61,522 bases of DNA, filler included, from 7 parts of 7 records of this genome joined end to end with filler, not necessarily neighbours in it, one strand, 5' to 3'. Shown: positions 34,368 to 42,681, numbered from the whole stretch's first letter. Notes: generated by a model from the sequence alone, not told the origin. Numbers and translations are program-made.

Positions 34368-34549
34368 GTCACAGGCGCGTAATTTACAGTCTAACGCCAA
34401 ATTAAACATCGTTAATTCTCGCAGTTTATTTGCCAGCTCTAACCGTATTCTAATTAACCATATTTCTTTGAGTTTTAGAGAAAATTTTAACCAGCTAGTT
34501 TGCCTTTATTCCAGCAAGATTTTCGTGAAGTTGATTTGCTCTCGACCGT
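34368..34549 (-). pseudogene. Small tyrosine recombinase/integrase N-terminal remnant
   Basis: GGAG RBS, ACG (probable mutated ATG), then WNKGKLAG*/(frameshift)/LKLKEIWLIRIRLELANKLRELTMFNLALDCKLRACD; matches the WNKGKLVGQK...LFNLAIDSKLRGCD phage-integrase family N-terminus, including the catalytic Arg. Confidence 0.8.
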
Positions 34550-34588
34550 GATAATGCTCCTTTCATGAAGGGACTATAAGTATGACTG

Positions 34589-34802
34589 GGAGCACTGAAT
34601 TTATTAATAGCAGGCATTGTGCGTATGTAAGTGAGAAATGCTTCACTTAGCCAATTTCGGACATTGGTTTTTGAGTTACTAATGGCAGCTCAGAGCCTGA
34701 AGCGGACATCGCTCTTTTGTGATGCCATAATCATGCTAAGGATAATATTAAACCAAGATTTCAACTTATTTGTGACGCGGGTTCAAGCTCATTGCAGCCG
34801 TA
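34589..34802. repeat. Palindromic-unit array upstream of the integrase remnant
   Basis: Units at 34589 (ends ATAGCAGGCATT), 34636 (AAATGCTTCACTTAGCCAATTTCGGACATT), 34681 (AATGGCAGCTCAGAGCCTGAAGCGGACATC), weak unit at 34773. Confidence 0.65.
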
Positions 34803-34882
34803 ACAATTTGCGTTTTTAAAACAAAAAACGACTATTTTAGTAATTTCACTTTCCTTGATTCTAATTTTTAATTACTAGGGGC

Positions 34883-34977
34883 TATGTAAGTAATACCTGT
34901 CTTTATGTCAGTGATACTTGACACCTATTAACTTTAATGTAATGCTTACCTTACATTATGTCATGAGCTGGTGACAT
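34883..34977. promoter_or_regulatory. Four TGT(C/A)A-N8-T(G/T)ACA operators in two tandem pairs
   Basis: Units at 34883, 34904, 34936, 34957 (21-bp spacing within pairs; the first has a degenerate right arm), upstream of the membrane protein/XRE operon. Confidence 0.7.
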
Positions 34978-35024
34978 GATTAGATAGTTGATTAACGATA
35001 GCAAGGTAAAGACCGGAGGTTAAA

Positions 35025-35432
35025 ATGAGTAATGAATTAGATAAAAAGGAAAAGAAGTTTCTAGTCAAATTTATGTTGCATATAGCGATGTTTTTAGCGG
35101 TTTTAGCGATATCAGTAGTAATGAATGAGACCAATAATTTGTCTATATACAGCACTGGATTCCTCGCAATGTCTCCTGTAATTCCTGTGATATTTTTATT
35201 GCGGCTGGTGGTAAATCATTATAGGTCATTAGATGAATACATCCAGAGAGTAATGGGTGAAAGTTTGCTTTGGGCTGTAGGTGTTGTTGGCTGTGTGGCA
35301 ATGGCTTATGGGTTGCTGGCAGAAATGGTTGAGGTGCCAAGCTTTAGCCCCGCCTTTATGTTACCAGCAATAGCGGTCATCTTTGGTGTAGCGCAGTTTA
35401 TTAAACTATCGGGCAATACCCATGAAGAATAG
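35025..35432 (+). CDS. Four-TM membrane protein
   Basis: GGAGG RBS, hydrophobic helices with LDEY motif; overlaps the downstream XRE gene. Confidence 0.8.
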   Translation: MSNELDKKEKKFLVKFMLHIAMFLAVLAISVVMNETNNLSIYSTGFLAMSPVIPVIFLLRLVVNHYRSLDEYIQRVMGESLLWAVGVVGCVAMAYGLLAEMVEVPSFSPAFMLPAIAVIFGVAQFIKLSGNTHEE

Positions 35433-35616
35433 GTTACGGGTACTTCGTGCAGAAAAAGGCTGGTCTCAAGCAGATCTTGCTGAAAAGTTAGGAGTGTCAC
35501 GTCAAGCCGTGAACGCTATAGAAACAGGGAAACATGATCCTTCTTTAACTCTTGCTTTTGCTCTTGCGGATGCTTTTGGACAACGCATTGAAGATTTGTT
35601 TTTGCACAAAGGGTAA
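35422..35616 (+). CDS. XRE-family HTH regulator
   Basis: MKNRLRVLRAEKGWSQADLA...VSRQAVNAIETGKHDPSL. Confidence 0.92.
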   Translation: MKNRLRVLRAEKGWSQADLAEKLGVSRQAVNAIETGKHDPSLTLAFALADAFGQRIEDLFLHKG

Positions 35617-35627
35617 ATCTTAAACAA

Positions 35628-35749
35628 TATACCTTCTTTTGGCGAACTGTCGTCGTTATTCTGTGCGAATAATGCATGTCTGCTTTGTCGGAGAACTTGT
35701 CGTTAGATAAGCCAAGGCTAATGTCAGCTGTCGTATCAAAGTAGACAAA
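35628..35749. repeat. Three palindromic units immediately downstream of the nth stop
   Basis: 35628, 35675 (CATGTCTGCTTTGTCGGAGAACTTGTCGTT), 35720 (AATGTCAGCTGTCGTATCAAAGTAGACAAA); periods 47 and 45. Confidence 0.65.
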
Positions 35750-35751
35750 AG

Positions 35752-35875
35752 TTATTCTGTCTTATCTTTAAACTCGCACAAGTCTTCGATAATGCAGCTG
35801 CCACATTTAGGTTTGCGGGCGGTACACACATAGCGGCCGTGTAGAATCAACCAGTGGTGCACATCAACTTTAAAC
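35752..35875 (-). CDS. nth: Endonuclease III 3' end (copy 1; intact reading frame, runs off the contig)
   Basis: [40 protein letters not shown]; cannot tell whether this is the functional gene or another fragment. Confidence 0.85.
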
Positions 35876-35975
35876 NNNNNNNNNNNNNNNNNNNNNNNNN
35901 NNNNNNNNNNNNNNNNNNNTTAATTAATTAANNNNNNNNNNNNNNNNNNNNNNNNNNNNNNNNNNNNNNNNNNNN
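35876..35975. other. Artificial contig linker
   Basis: N44-TTAATTAATTAA-N44. Confidence 0.99.
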
Positions 35976-36061
35976 ACGACTCTACTAGCTACACTGTAGA
36001 GCTGGTTGGTAGTCTGGACTTCGGTGACTCTCTGGCGCTGGTTGATACCAACATCGCCTAA
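35976..36061 (+). CDS. C-terminus of a probable type I-secreted/S-layer-like protein (5' truncated)
   Basis: ...DSTSYTVELVGSLDFGDSLALVDTNIA*; followed by a strong hairpin and sapC. Confidence 0.45.
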
Positions 36062-36131
36062 GCGACACTGCTCAAATGATGGGTGACTACTAAGTAAGTT
36101 GGTCACCTGTCATAAGCATCTGTTGTACACA

Positions 36132-36163
36132 TAAGCCCCACTTAGCTTGCTAAGTGGGGCTTA
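36132..36163 (+). terminator. Probable terminator hairpin
   Basis: TAAGCCCCACTTAG-CTTG-CTAAGTGGGGCTTA. Confidence 0.75.
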
Positions 36164-36194
36164 CTAATTTGTCTAAATATAAATAGGTAAGCAT

Positions 36195-36983
36195 ATGTCA
36201 CGATATGTACCACTAGATGCTAATCAGCATGCTCAGGGTGGTTGGTTGCCTTATACGGATTATCTTTTTGCCGCTGATCAAACGTTAGTCGCTGTATCAT
36301 TGGAGGAAGTGCCCCATATTCTGAAGTCGGTTCCCCTTGCATTTCGTGAGGTGGGCGCGGGTCGTTATCAGTTGGTGGCTGTTCAATCATTGACTCAAAA
36401 CGTTAATCTTTGTGTGGCGCCAAACGGTCGCTGGCTAACGGGATATATTCCGGCGCTGTATCGTGCTTATCCCTTCCGGTTACAACCTAACGAAAACCAA
36501 CGCCAGTGGTCGCTTTGTGTTGATATGGATAGTGGTCTCTGGCTAGCAAATGCCGGTGAGCAGGGTAAGTGCTGTTTCAATGACAGTGGCGAGGATTCTG
36601 AGACGTTAAAGCAGCTGCGTAGCTTTTTAAACAAAGTGATGCAGGGGCAAGCATTGGCTGCTCGTGCAGTTAATGCGTTGGCAAATGAGCAGCTAATTCA
36701 GCCGTGGCCGCTGAAAACACAAGGCGATAATGAACAAGTTCAGCAAGTCGAAGGGCTATATCGCATTGATGAAAAACGGCTTAATGCCCTAGCGCCCGAA
36801 GCGTTATCAACGTTGCGTGATGCGGGCGGGCTTAGTCTTGCCTATGCGCAATTGCTATCTCAGCATCGTCTAAACAACCTAGCTGAACTTTATCGCCTAC
36901 ACCACACGGCTGCGCCGAATGTTGAAAGCTTAGATGAGTGGTTTGAGGAGAGTGATGACCTGCAACTGAGTTTTGATGATTAA
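36195..36983 (+). CDS. SapC family protein
   Basis: W..GYIPALYRAYPFRL, GLYRIDEKRLNAL, LAYAQLLS. Confidence 0.88.
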   Translation: MSRYVPLDANQHAQGGWLPYTDYLFAADQTLVAVSLEEVPHILKSVPLAFREVGAGRYQLVAVQSLTQNVNLCVAPNGRWLTGYIPALYRAYPFRLQPNENQRQWSLCVDMDSGLWLANAGEQGKCCFNDSGEDSETLKQLRSFLNKVMQGQALAARAVNALANEQLIQPWPLKTQGDNEQVQQVEGLYRIDEKRLNALAPEALSTLRDAGGLSLAYAQLLSQHRLNNLAELYRLHHTAAPNVESLDEWFEESDDLQLSFDD

Positions 36984-37185
36984 TGTTGATTGATTAATTT
37001 CTTGCTTTCTGAATTAACGGTTCGATGGGGAGCAGTATCTCGCTCATGACGACGTTTTGCCTTTTTTACTGAATAAATTTAGCTTTATAGGGTTACTGCT
37101 TGGCTTTGAAAAAAGATTTTTTACCAAGCGAGGTGAATTCAGTAGAATATGGCGCTTATTTTAAAGGCGACGAGATTGGAGCCTA

Positions 37186-37746
37186 ATGTCTAAAATGCCC
37201 AAAAGCGTCGTGCTGGAAGGACGTCGATACCCTACGTGGGTACTGAGTTCGCGCGCGCGTGCTCAGTTGGTGAACCTTCAGCAGGTAGACGCGCATATTG
37301 CAGAGCTGCGTGAGCGATTGGCGCATTACTCAATGGCTCGAACGCTTTGCCAGCAGCGTCTGCTAAGTGCGCTACCTAAGCCTCTCGGTATACCTGCGGG
37401 CCGATGTTATTGGCATACGGTGCCAAGAGAGTGGGTTGAGCTGTCTGAGGTGTCATGCCCTTTACACGCTGTACCAGGCGGGCATAGCTATCAGGAAGGT
37501 GATACGCTGGTCGTATATATTAAAGGGCTTGGTGTTGTTGGTTGGGGAGAGGTAACGATTGATAGCTCTTCAGCCTGTCACTTCACGTGGCGTTGTAGAG
37601 TGGCGTCAATGGCAAGTGCTATACAGGCTAAAACGCTAAGCCAATTTGCGCTTCGCCATCCCACCAGGCCATCACAACGTCTGCCTAGTGACGCTAGCAT
37701 TGGTCGTTTATTTGAAATGCTGAATTCTCGATCACTTTCCAAGTGA
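37186..37746 (+). CDS. Hypothetical protein with a DUF6447-like N-terminus and an extra C-terminal domain
   Basis: N-terminal ~64 aa align with the 37846-38058 product; C-terminal GDTLVVYIKGLGVVGWGEV. Confidence 0.65.
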   Translation: MSKMPKSVVLEGRRYPTWVLSSRARAQLVNLQQVDAHIAELRERLAHYSMARTLCQQRLLSALPKPLGIPAGRCYWHTVPREWVELSEVSCPLHAVPGGHSYQEGDTLVVYIKGLGVVGWGEVTIDSSSACHFTWRCRVASMASAIQAKTLSQFALRHPTRPSQRLPSDASIGRLFEMLNSRSLSK

Positions 37747-37845
37747 TCGGTGATTTTATATATCGTTTTTATGATCGATAAGTAATAGAAAAGATATGGC
37801 GATATTGTCGCATTAAATTTTATTTTGATTTATTAAGGAGCTTTT

Positions 37846-38058
37846 ATGGAAAAGCAAGAAGCCAAGACAGTCACTATTGATGGTCAGGAATATAACCTTT
37901 CCGATCTCTCTGAAAATGCACGTAATCAACTGACAAATCTTCGTCTTACAGACCAAGAGATTCAGCGCCTTAACCAACAGCTTGCCATTGCTCAAACAGC
38001 TCGCGCTGCCTACGCAAATGCACTCAAAAAAGAGCTGCCAGAGCAGAGAAAGCACTAA
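37846..38058 (+). CDS. DUF6447-like small coiled-coil protein
   Basis: VTIDGQEYNLSDLSENARNQL...LAIAQTARAAY; AAGGAG RBS. Confidence 0.75.
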   Translation: MEKQEAKTVTIDGQEYNLSDLSENARNQLTNLRLTDQEIQRLNQQLAIAQTARAAYANALKKELPEQRKH

Positions 38059-38362
38059 AGCAACGTTTCTGTGGTGTGCGCACAGCACCTAGGCGGGCGC
38101 TGTGTACTGATCCTGGAACTTCAAACTGTTATATGTGGAACTTTATGTACGCTAGTGTGGGAGGGTGCCGGGGGAAACTCGGGCCCCTGCCTTACTTGCC
38201 TTGCTACTTTACGTGTCCCCTACCATGACTTATTGCTCCCGATTGCTCGCTATCTAACGCTACCAGAGTCATGTCTATTATGTTGATCATGGCTGGCATC
38301 TTCAGGTAGGTGGTTATGCTACTATTCGTGGTTTCCATATAACCGCTGGGTCGCCTACCTTT

Positions 38363-39607
38363 ATGTTTAGTCGTCTTTTTTTTCCTTCTGAGTCTCTAAG
38401 AAGTGTTACTGGGATTGCGGTGTTTCTAATGGGAGCCTTGGCCCTCATTGTTCCATCGGGTTATTCCATTGGCCCTCTGTTGTTATTACTTGTCAGCATT
38501 TCCCTATTGTTTTTGCAATCGCCTTATTCACTCTCTTCGAAAGACCGCTGGATAATTTTGACGTTAGTGGTCTACGGAGTGGTTGTGGGGGGGCTGTCCA
38601 TTATAGATCTAGGCGCTAAGGGCTTTGATCGCCCATTACGCTTTTTGCTAGCCATTCCAGTATTGCTACTCATTTTACGCTTTCCGCCACGCCAGACATG
38701 GTTATGGAGCGGGTTGTCGCTGGGTGCCATAGGAGCAGGTAGCTGGGGGTTATGGCAACGGTTTGGCAATGGAATAGAGCGTGTTGGTGGCTATTTACAT
38801 CCCATCCAGTTTGGCAATCTAAGCATGTTAATGGGCGTGTTATGTCTAGCAGGTTTAGGTTGGGCGGTGCTTCAGCGTCGACGTGCCATTTGGGTGGTTT
38901 TACTGCTACTAGGGGCTTTGCTGGGAATGCTAGGGTCGCTAATGTCTGGTAGCCGTGGTGGATGGGTGGGTCTGCCTGTCATTGGTTATGTTCTTTATCG
39001 TGGTTTTGGGCGTCAGTTGCCGTTGGTGCTAAAAGTGAGTGTGGCTGGGCTGGTTGTGACACTGGCCACGTTGGTATTTGTACTGCCTCAGACGGGGGTT
39101 CAGCAGCGCGTTAATTCGGCGATTAGCGATATCAGCCTCTATGTTTCAGGCGAGGAGAGCAATACCTCTCTTGGGCTACGTTTTGAAATGTGGCGTGGGG
39201 CATCGCAATTAATTATTCAGCGTCCGCTGCTAGGCTGGGGAGAGTCGGGGTATGAAGCGGCGATGCTTAACTTGGGGCAGCAACACAGTATCTCTCCAGT
39301 GGCGGCTCAATTTGGCCATGCGCACAATGAATTTATCGATGCGCTGGCTAAGAGAGGGGTAGTGGGGTTGGCTGTGCTTGTAATGCTCTACATGGTGCCG
39401 CTTAAAATGTTTGCCTCTGGAGTGGTGCACGAGAACCTGCAAATACGAACATTAGCGGTGGCGGGCACGCTGCTTCCGGTTGCGTTCATTGACTTTGGGC
39501 TATCCCAAACCTTTTTAGCCCATAATAGCGGCGCTATGTTTTATGCGTTTTGGTTAGCTGTTATATGGGGATGTTACAGTGCTTACAGTAGAGCATTTCA
39601 AGGCTAG
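38363..39607 (+). CDS. O-antigen ligase (WaaL-like) family protein
   Basis: SGSRGGW, TSLGLRFEMW, PLLGWG, HAHNEF. Confidence 0.88.
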   Translation: MFSRLFFPSESLRSVTGIAVFLMGALALIVPSGYSIGPLLLLLVSISLLFLQSPYSLSSKDRWIILTLVVYGVVVGGLSIIDLGAKGFDRPLRFLLAIPVLLLILRFPPRQTWLWSGLSLGAIGAGSWGLWQRFGNGIERVGGYLHPIQFGNLSMLMGVLCLAGLGWAVLQRRRAIWVVLLLLGALLGMLGSLMSGSRGGWVGLPVIGYVLYRGFGRQLPLVLKVSVAGLVVTLATLVFVLPQTGVQQRVNSAISDISLYVSGEESNTSLGLRFEMWRGASQLIIQRPLLGWGESGYEAAMLNLGQQHSISPVAAQFGHAHNEFIDALAKRGVVGLAVLVMLYMVPLKMFASGVVHENLQIRTLAVAGTLLPVAFIDFGLSQTFLAHNSGAMFYAFWLAVIWGCYSAYSRAFQG

Positions 39608-39685
39608 AAAAATGCTATAAAGCTGAATCGTCTAAACGTCGGTTTATTACCAGCTGTGGCTGGATATAGGCCGACGTTTATTAAC

Positions 39686-40537
39686 TTATGAGTCGTTTTT
39701 ATGCGGCGAAGTTGTGGATTGCTCTACGGTTTCAGAAGCGACAATTGCAACTTCTTTCTGCTCCCTGGTCCATTTGCCCGCTTTTTTATCAATATACTGG
39801 AAGTGCTCGTTAGTAAAATTGCCTTGGTTGCAGGCGTGACGGTATGACACTGTGGGGACGGTGCGTTGATCTAATAGCTGAATGAATACGCCAGGACCAG
39901 TGAGCTCAAACACGTTGGTGAGAGTGTTCTCTTCAATGTTTTGCTGCACTTGATCAATCAATCTGCGTAGGTTGGGATTACCTGGTTTGCTGGCGATGAA
40001 GTAATTGCTCAGCTCACCTTTACGGGTGGTGACGTAGAGTTCGTCAATATCACCAGGGACAACACGGGAAAGCGGCCAGATGGCATGTGCGTCAATATCA
40101 AGGTAAACGCCGCCGTATTTGTAAAGCACCATGAGGCGCCAAAAATCAGCCTGCGCCGCACCAATTTGTAACTTTGAATAGCTGGTGAATAGGGCGTCGT
40201 CGAAATTTTCTTTAATGAAGTCACTCCGCGCGTCGGTAATCATGAAACGATATTCGAAACGAGGGGCCATGAGACGATTAAACAAGTAGTTCAGGTAAAC
40301 CGGAAGAGTCACTCTATTAGTGAAGTTGGTCTGCCAAATAATACGAGGAATAGTCGACTTGTTTTTAGGTTTCAGCCAGGGCGCGGCATAGGCTGGCAGC
40401 GTGAAGCGCTTGTTCGGCAGCACGGCATGAAAAATATAGCTAAGCAGCTTGGTAATGTTTGCGCATAGCTTTATCAAGCGACTAGTGGCCACGATAAGTG
40501 GTTTGCTTGTGCGGGTGGGCATGTTCATCCTTTTCAT
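39686..40537 (-). CDS. GT32 (DXD, OCH1-like) glycosyltransferase
   Basis: IPRIIWQT, ADFWR, YGGVYLDID, TGPG. Confidence 0.88.
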   Translation of the reverse strand: MKRMNMPTRTSKPLIVATSRLIKLCANITKLLSYIFHAVLPNKRFTLPAYAAPWLKPKNKSTIPRIIWQTNFTNRVTLPVYLNYLFNRLMAPRFEYRFMITDARSDFIKENFDDALFTSYSKLQIGAAQADFWRLMVLYKYGGVYLDIDAHAIWPLSRVVPGDIDELYVTTRKGELSNYFIASKPGNPNLRRLIDQVQQNIEENTLTNVFELTGPGVFIQLLDQRTVPTVSYRHACNQGNFTNEHFQYIDKKAGKWTREQKEVAIVASETVEQSTTSPHKNDS

Positions 40538-40563
40538 TCGTATCGCGGCAAGAGGTGAATCGG

Positions 40564-41157
40564 CTACCAGCCGCCTTGGCCTTCCAATAAGCTTCGGGTG
40601 TTATTATCCAGCGGCAGCTTAAAGTCGGCGCTGCCAAGCACCATCGCATCACCAGCGCGAACGACTCGTGCACTCACATAGAGATAGTCCTGGCCTTGTG
40701 CATAAGTACCCATCAGTATCGAGCGTGCATTGTGCTGGGCGCTAAGACGTTGGACTTGGCGGGATAAAATTAATTCACCAACGGTTTCTTCAATAAACAT
40801 GCTGTCACGCATCTTGACTTCGCGCACCTGCATGCCTTGCCTTGCGAGAGCAGACGCCATAATTTCTGAGCTAATACGGCCAAATGTCGACGATTGGCTT
40901 AAGTTATCAATACTTACAAAAGTAGCCGCAATCATCGGGCTATAGCGTGTAAGGTCCGGGTTGCTGGCGACCATTTGCGCGGCAGCCTCATGAGCTAGTT
41001 CGGAGAGATCTGGCTGAGGCTCGTCATTTCGCACGCTATTGTTATTGCCAAGTGCAGTGCAACCAGCCAAAAACAGCATAAGCAACGCAGCGATAAGCAG
41101 GCGAGCGCCAACTGCTAAGCCGCGCAGTGGAGACAGAGAGGAAGAGAGTGAAAGCAT
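40564..41157 (-). CDS. FlgO-family outer-membrane lipoprotein
   Basis: Lipobox LAGC, ATFVSIDNL..SSTFGR, GELILSR, GTY. Confidence 0.8.
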   Translation of the reverse strand: MLSLSSSLSPLRGLAVGARLLIAALLMLFLAGCTALGNNNSVRNDEPQPDLSELAHEAAAQMVASNPDLTRYSPMIAATFVSIDNLSQSSTFGRISSEIMASALARQGMQVREVKMRDSMFIEETVGELILSRQVQRLSAQHNARSILMGTYAQGQDYLYVSARVVRAGDAMVLGSADFKLPLDNNTRSLLEGQGGW

Positions 41158-41161
41158 GTAA

Positions 41162-41929
41162 TTACCAAGTATCGGTGATAGAAACAGTAGGGGTTACAGG
41201 CGCTTGAGGAACACGTTGTGGTGCATAGTGACGTCGATCACCAGCATTTATGTAATAAATATTAGAAGAGGAGTAGAGAATGCGGTCATTATCAACGATC
41301 TGGGTAGTGATGATAACCTCCTCTTTGCCCTCATAAGTCCAACTGCCGCTGGTCGTATCTGCCACCATCGCCGCGGGAATTAATGCAAGTGCAGGTTCGC
41401 TCCAGTTTCCTAGTGCCATGCTAGCCACGGTCACGCCACCGGCAAGGGCGGTGTAAGCACCAAACGGTGGGCGTATATAGCCGCGATCACGATGCTCAAC
41501 AACTTCAACGTCTACTTGGACGGTGGCGCCGCCAGTGCTGGGGTGTGTCATCACGCTTCCACCACGCGACACCAGTTCGCTTGTTAATAGCGTACGAAAG
41601 CCACGTTCAAATTCGCCACCATAGTAGGCGCTAACTGACGTATGCTCTTGCGCTGGAATATGGAGGTCTCTAAAGCGAACCCGTTCACTGCGAAGAATGC
41701 CTGCCGCTTCGTGTTGGGCTAGCACTTCCCAGTGCTGAGCCGCTTGCATGCGCTGCTGCTCACTATAAGGATAGGTAGTCGCAATGGGGGCCTGCGATGT
41801 GTTGGCATAAAAGCAGCCGCTTAGCATCAGGCTCGCCAGTCCAATACAGGCAGGGCGCAATAGTTGAACCATGGATGGTGACATTGTCGATAATGAAGCA
41901 GTTCTTGATGACATAGGTCGGGTGCGCAC
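41162..41929 (-). CDS. Hypothetical lipoprotein
   Basis: Lipobox LSGC, QQRMQAAQHWEVLA; start uncertain. Confidence 0.7.
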   Translation of the reverse strand: MRTRPMSSRTASLSTMSPSMVQLLRPACIGLASLMLSGCFYANTSQAPIATTYPYSEQQRMQAAQHWEVLAQHEAAGILRSERVRFRDLHIPAQEHTSVSAYYGGEFERGFRTLLTSELVSRGGSVMTHPSTGGATVQVDVEVVEHRDRGYIRPPFGAYTALAGGVTVASMALGNWSEPALALIPAAMVADTTSGSWTYEGKEEVIITTQIVDNDRILYSSSNIYYINAGDRRHYAPQRVPQAPVTPTVSITDTW

Positions 41930-42020
41930 CTGATTGTTCCTTCTCGCTACGAAACGGCTTTTGATAGACTAGTTTGCCACGCTTACCCTATATCGGCCAC
42001 GAGGTTAAAAACTTGAATGA

Positions 42021-42681
42021 GTGAAAACCCCCATGCTTGAAGACCACCGCGCTGGTCCGCGTCATGATTCATTGCTGACCGCCTATCCAGAAGATGAAAG
42101 TAATAGCGGTTGGATGATTAGCTATATTGACATCATGACGCTACTGGTAGCCCTGTTCGTCATTATTATTGCTGCGGCAAATGTGACAAGCCCATCATTG
42201 TTTCAGCAAGAAACAGCCGATGAGTACGGCTATGAGTCATCGCCTGCTAGAGAAATACCCTTGCCGGATGCGCTTGCTGAAGTCCGCCAGCAGCGCACGG
42301 TACTCGGTGTATCACCTAGTAGTGATACGCTCAGCCCGTTTGCGATTAGCGCTGCGTTGGGTGTGGCAGGGTTGCCTAAAGCTCGAACTGCTGTTGTGGA
42401 GGCGCCTCCTTTATTGGCGCGGATTGAAGAGGACTCGATAGATACGCAGACATCGGCTGTCACTAGTAGTCTTCCGCAGTTGCTGCTGCCTACCGATGAG
42501 CGTCAGGCTGTTTCACCGTTGGCGGATTACATGGTAGTGCTCACCGACCGTCCACCTATTAATGTACAAAAAGTGTCTGATGTGGCGATGAATAGCGCAT
42601 TAGCACTTGATGAGAGATTGGCTGAGCGTGTGGAGGCCTCGACGTATCTACCTAATTTGGAAGGCGTTGAAGTTTCCCGGG
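42021..42681 (+). CDS. MotB/OmpA-like protein (3' truncated)
   Basis: WMISYIDIMTLLVALFV MotB TM motif with the conserved Asp; long linker. Confidence 0.75.

Noticed and set aside
19394-35749. The 30-bp/46-bp arrays as CRISPR arrays or integron attC sites
   Set aside because: Units are highly degenerate, spacers are only ~15-17 bp, and there are no cas genes. There are no clear attC R''/R' boxes, cargo genes are in mixed orientation with their own regulators, and the recombinase remnant is not IntI-like.
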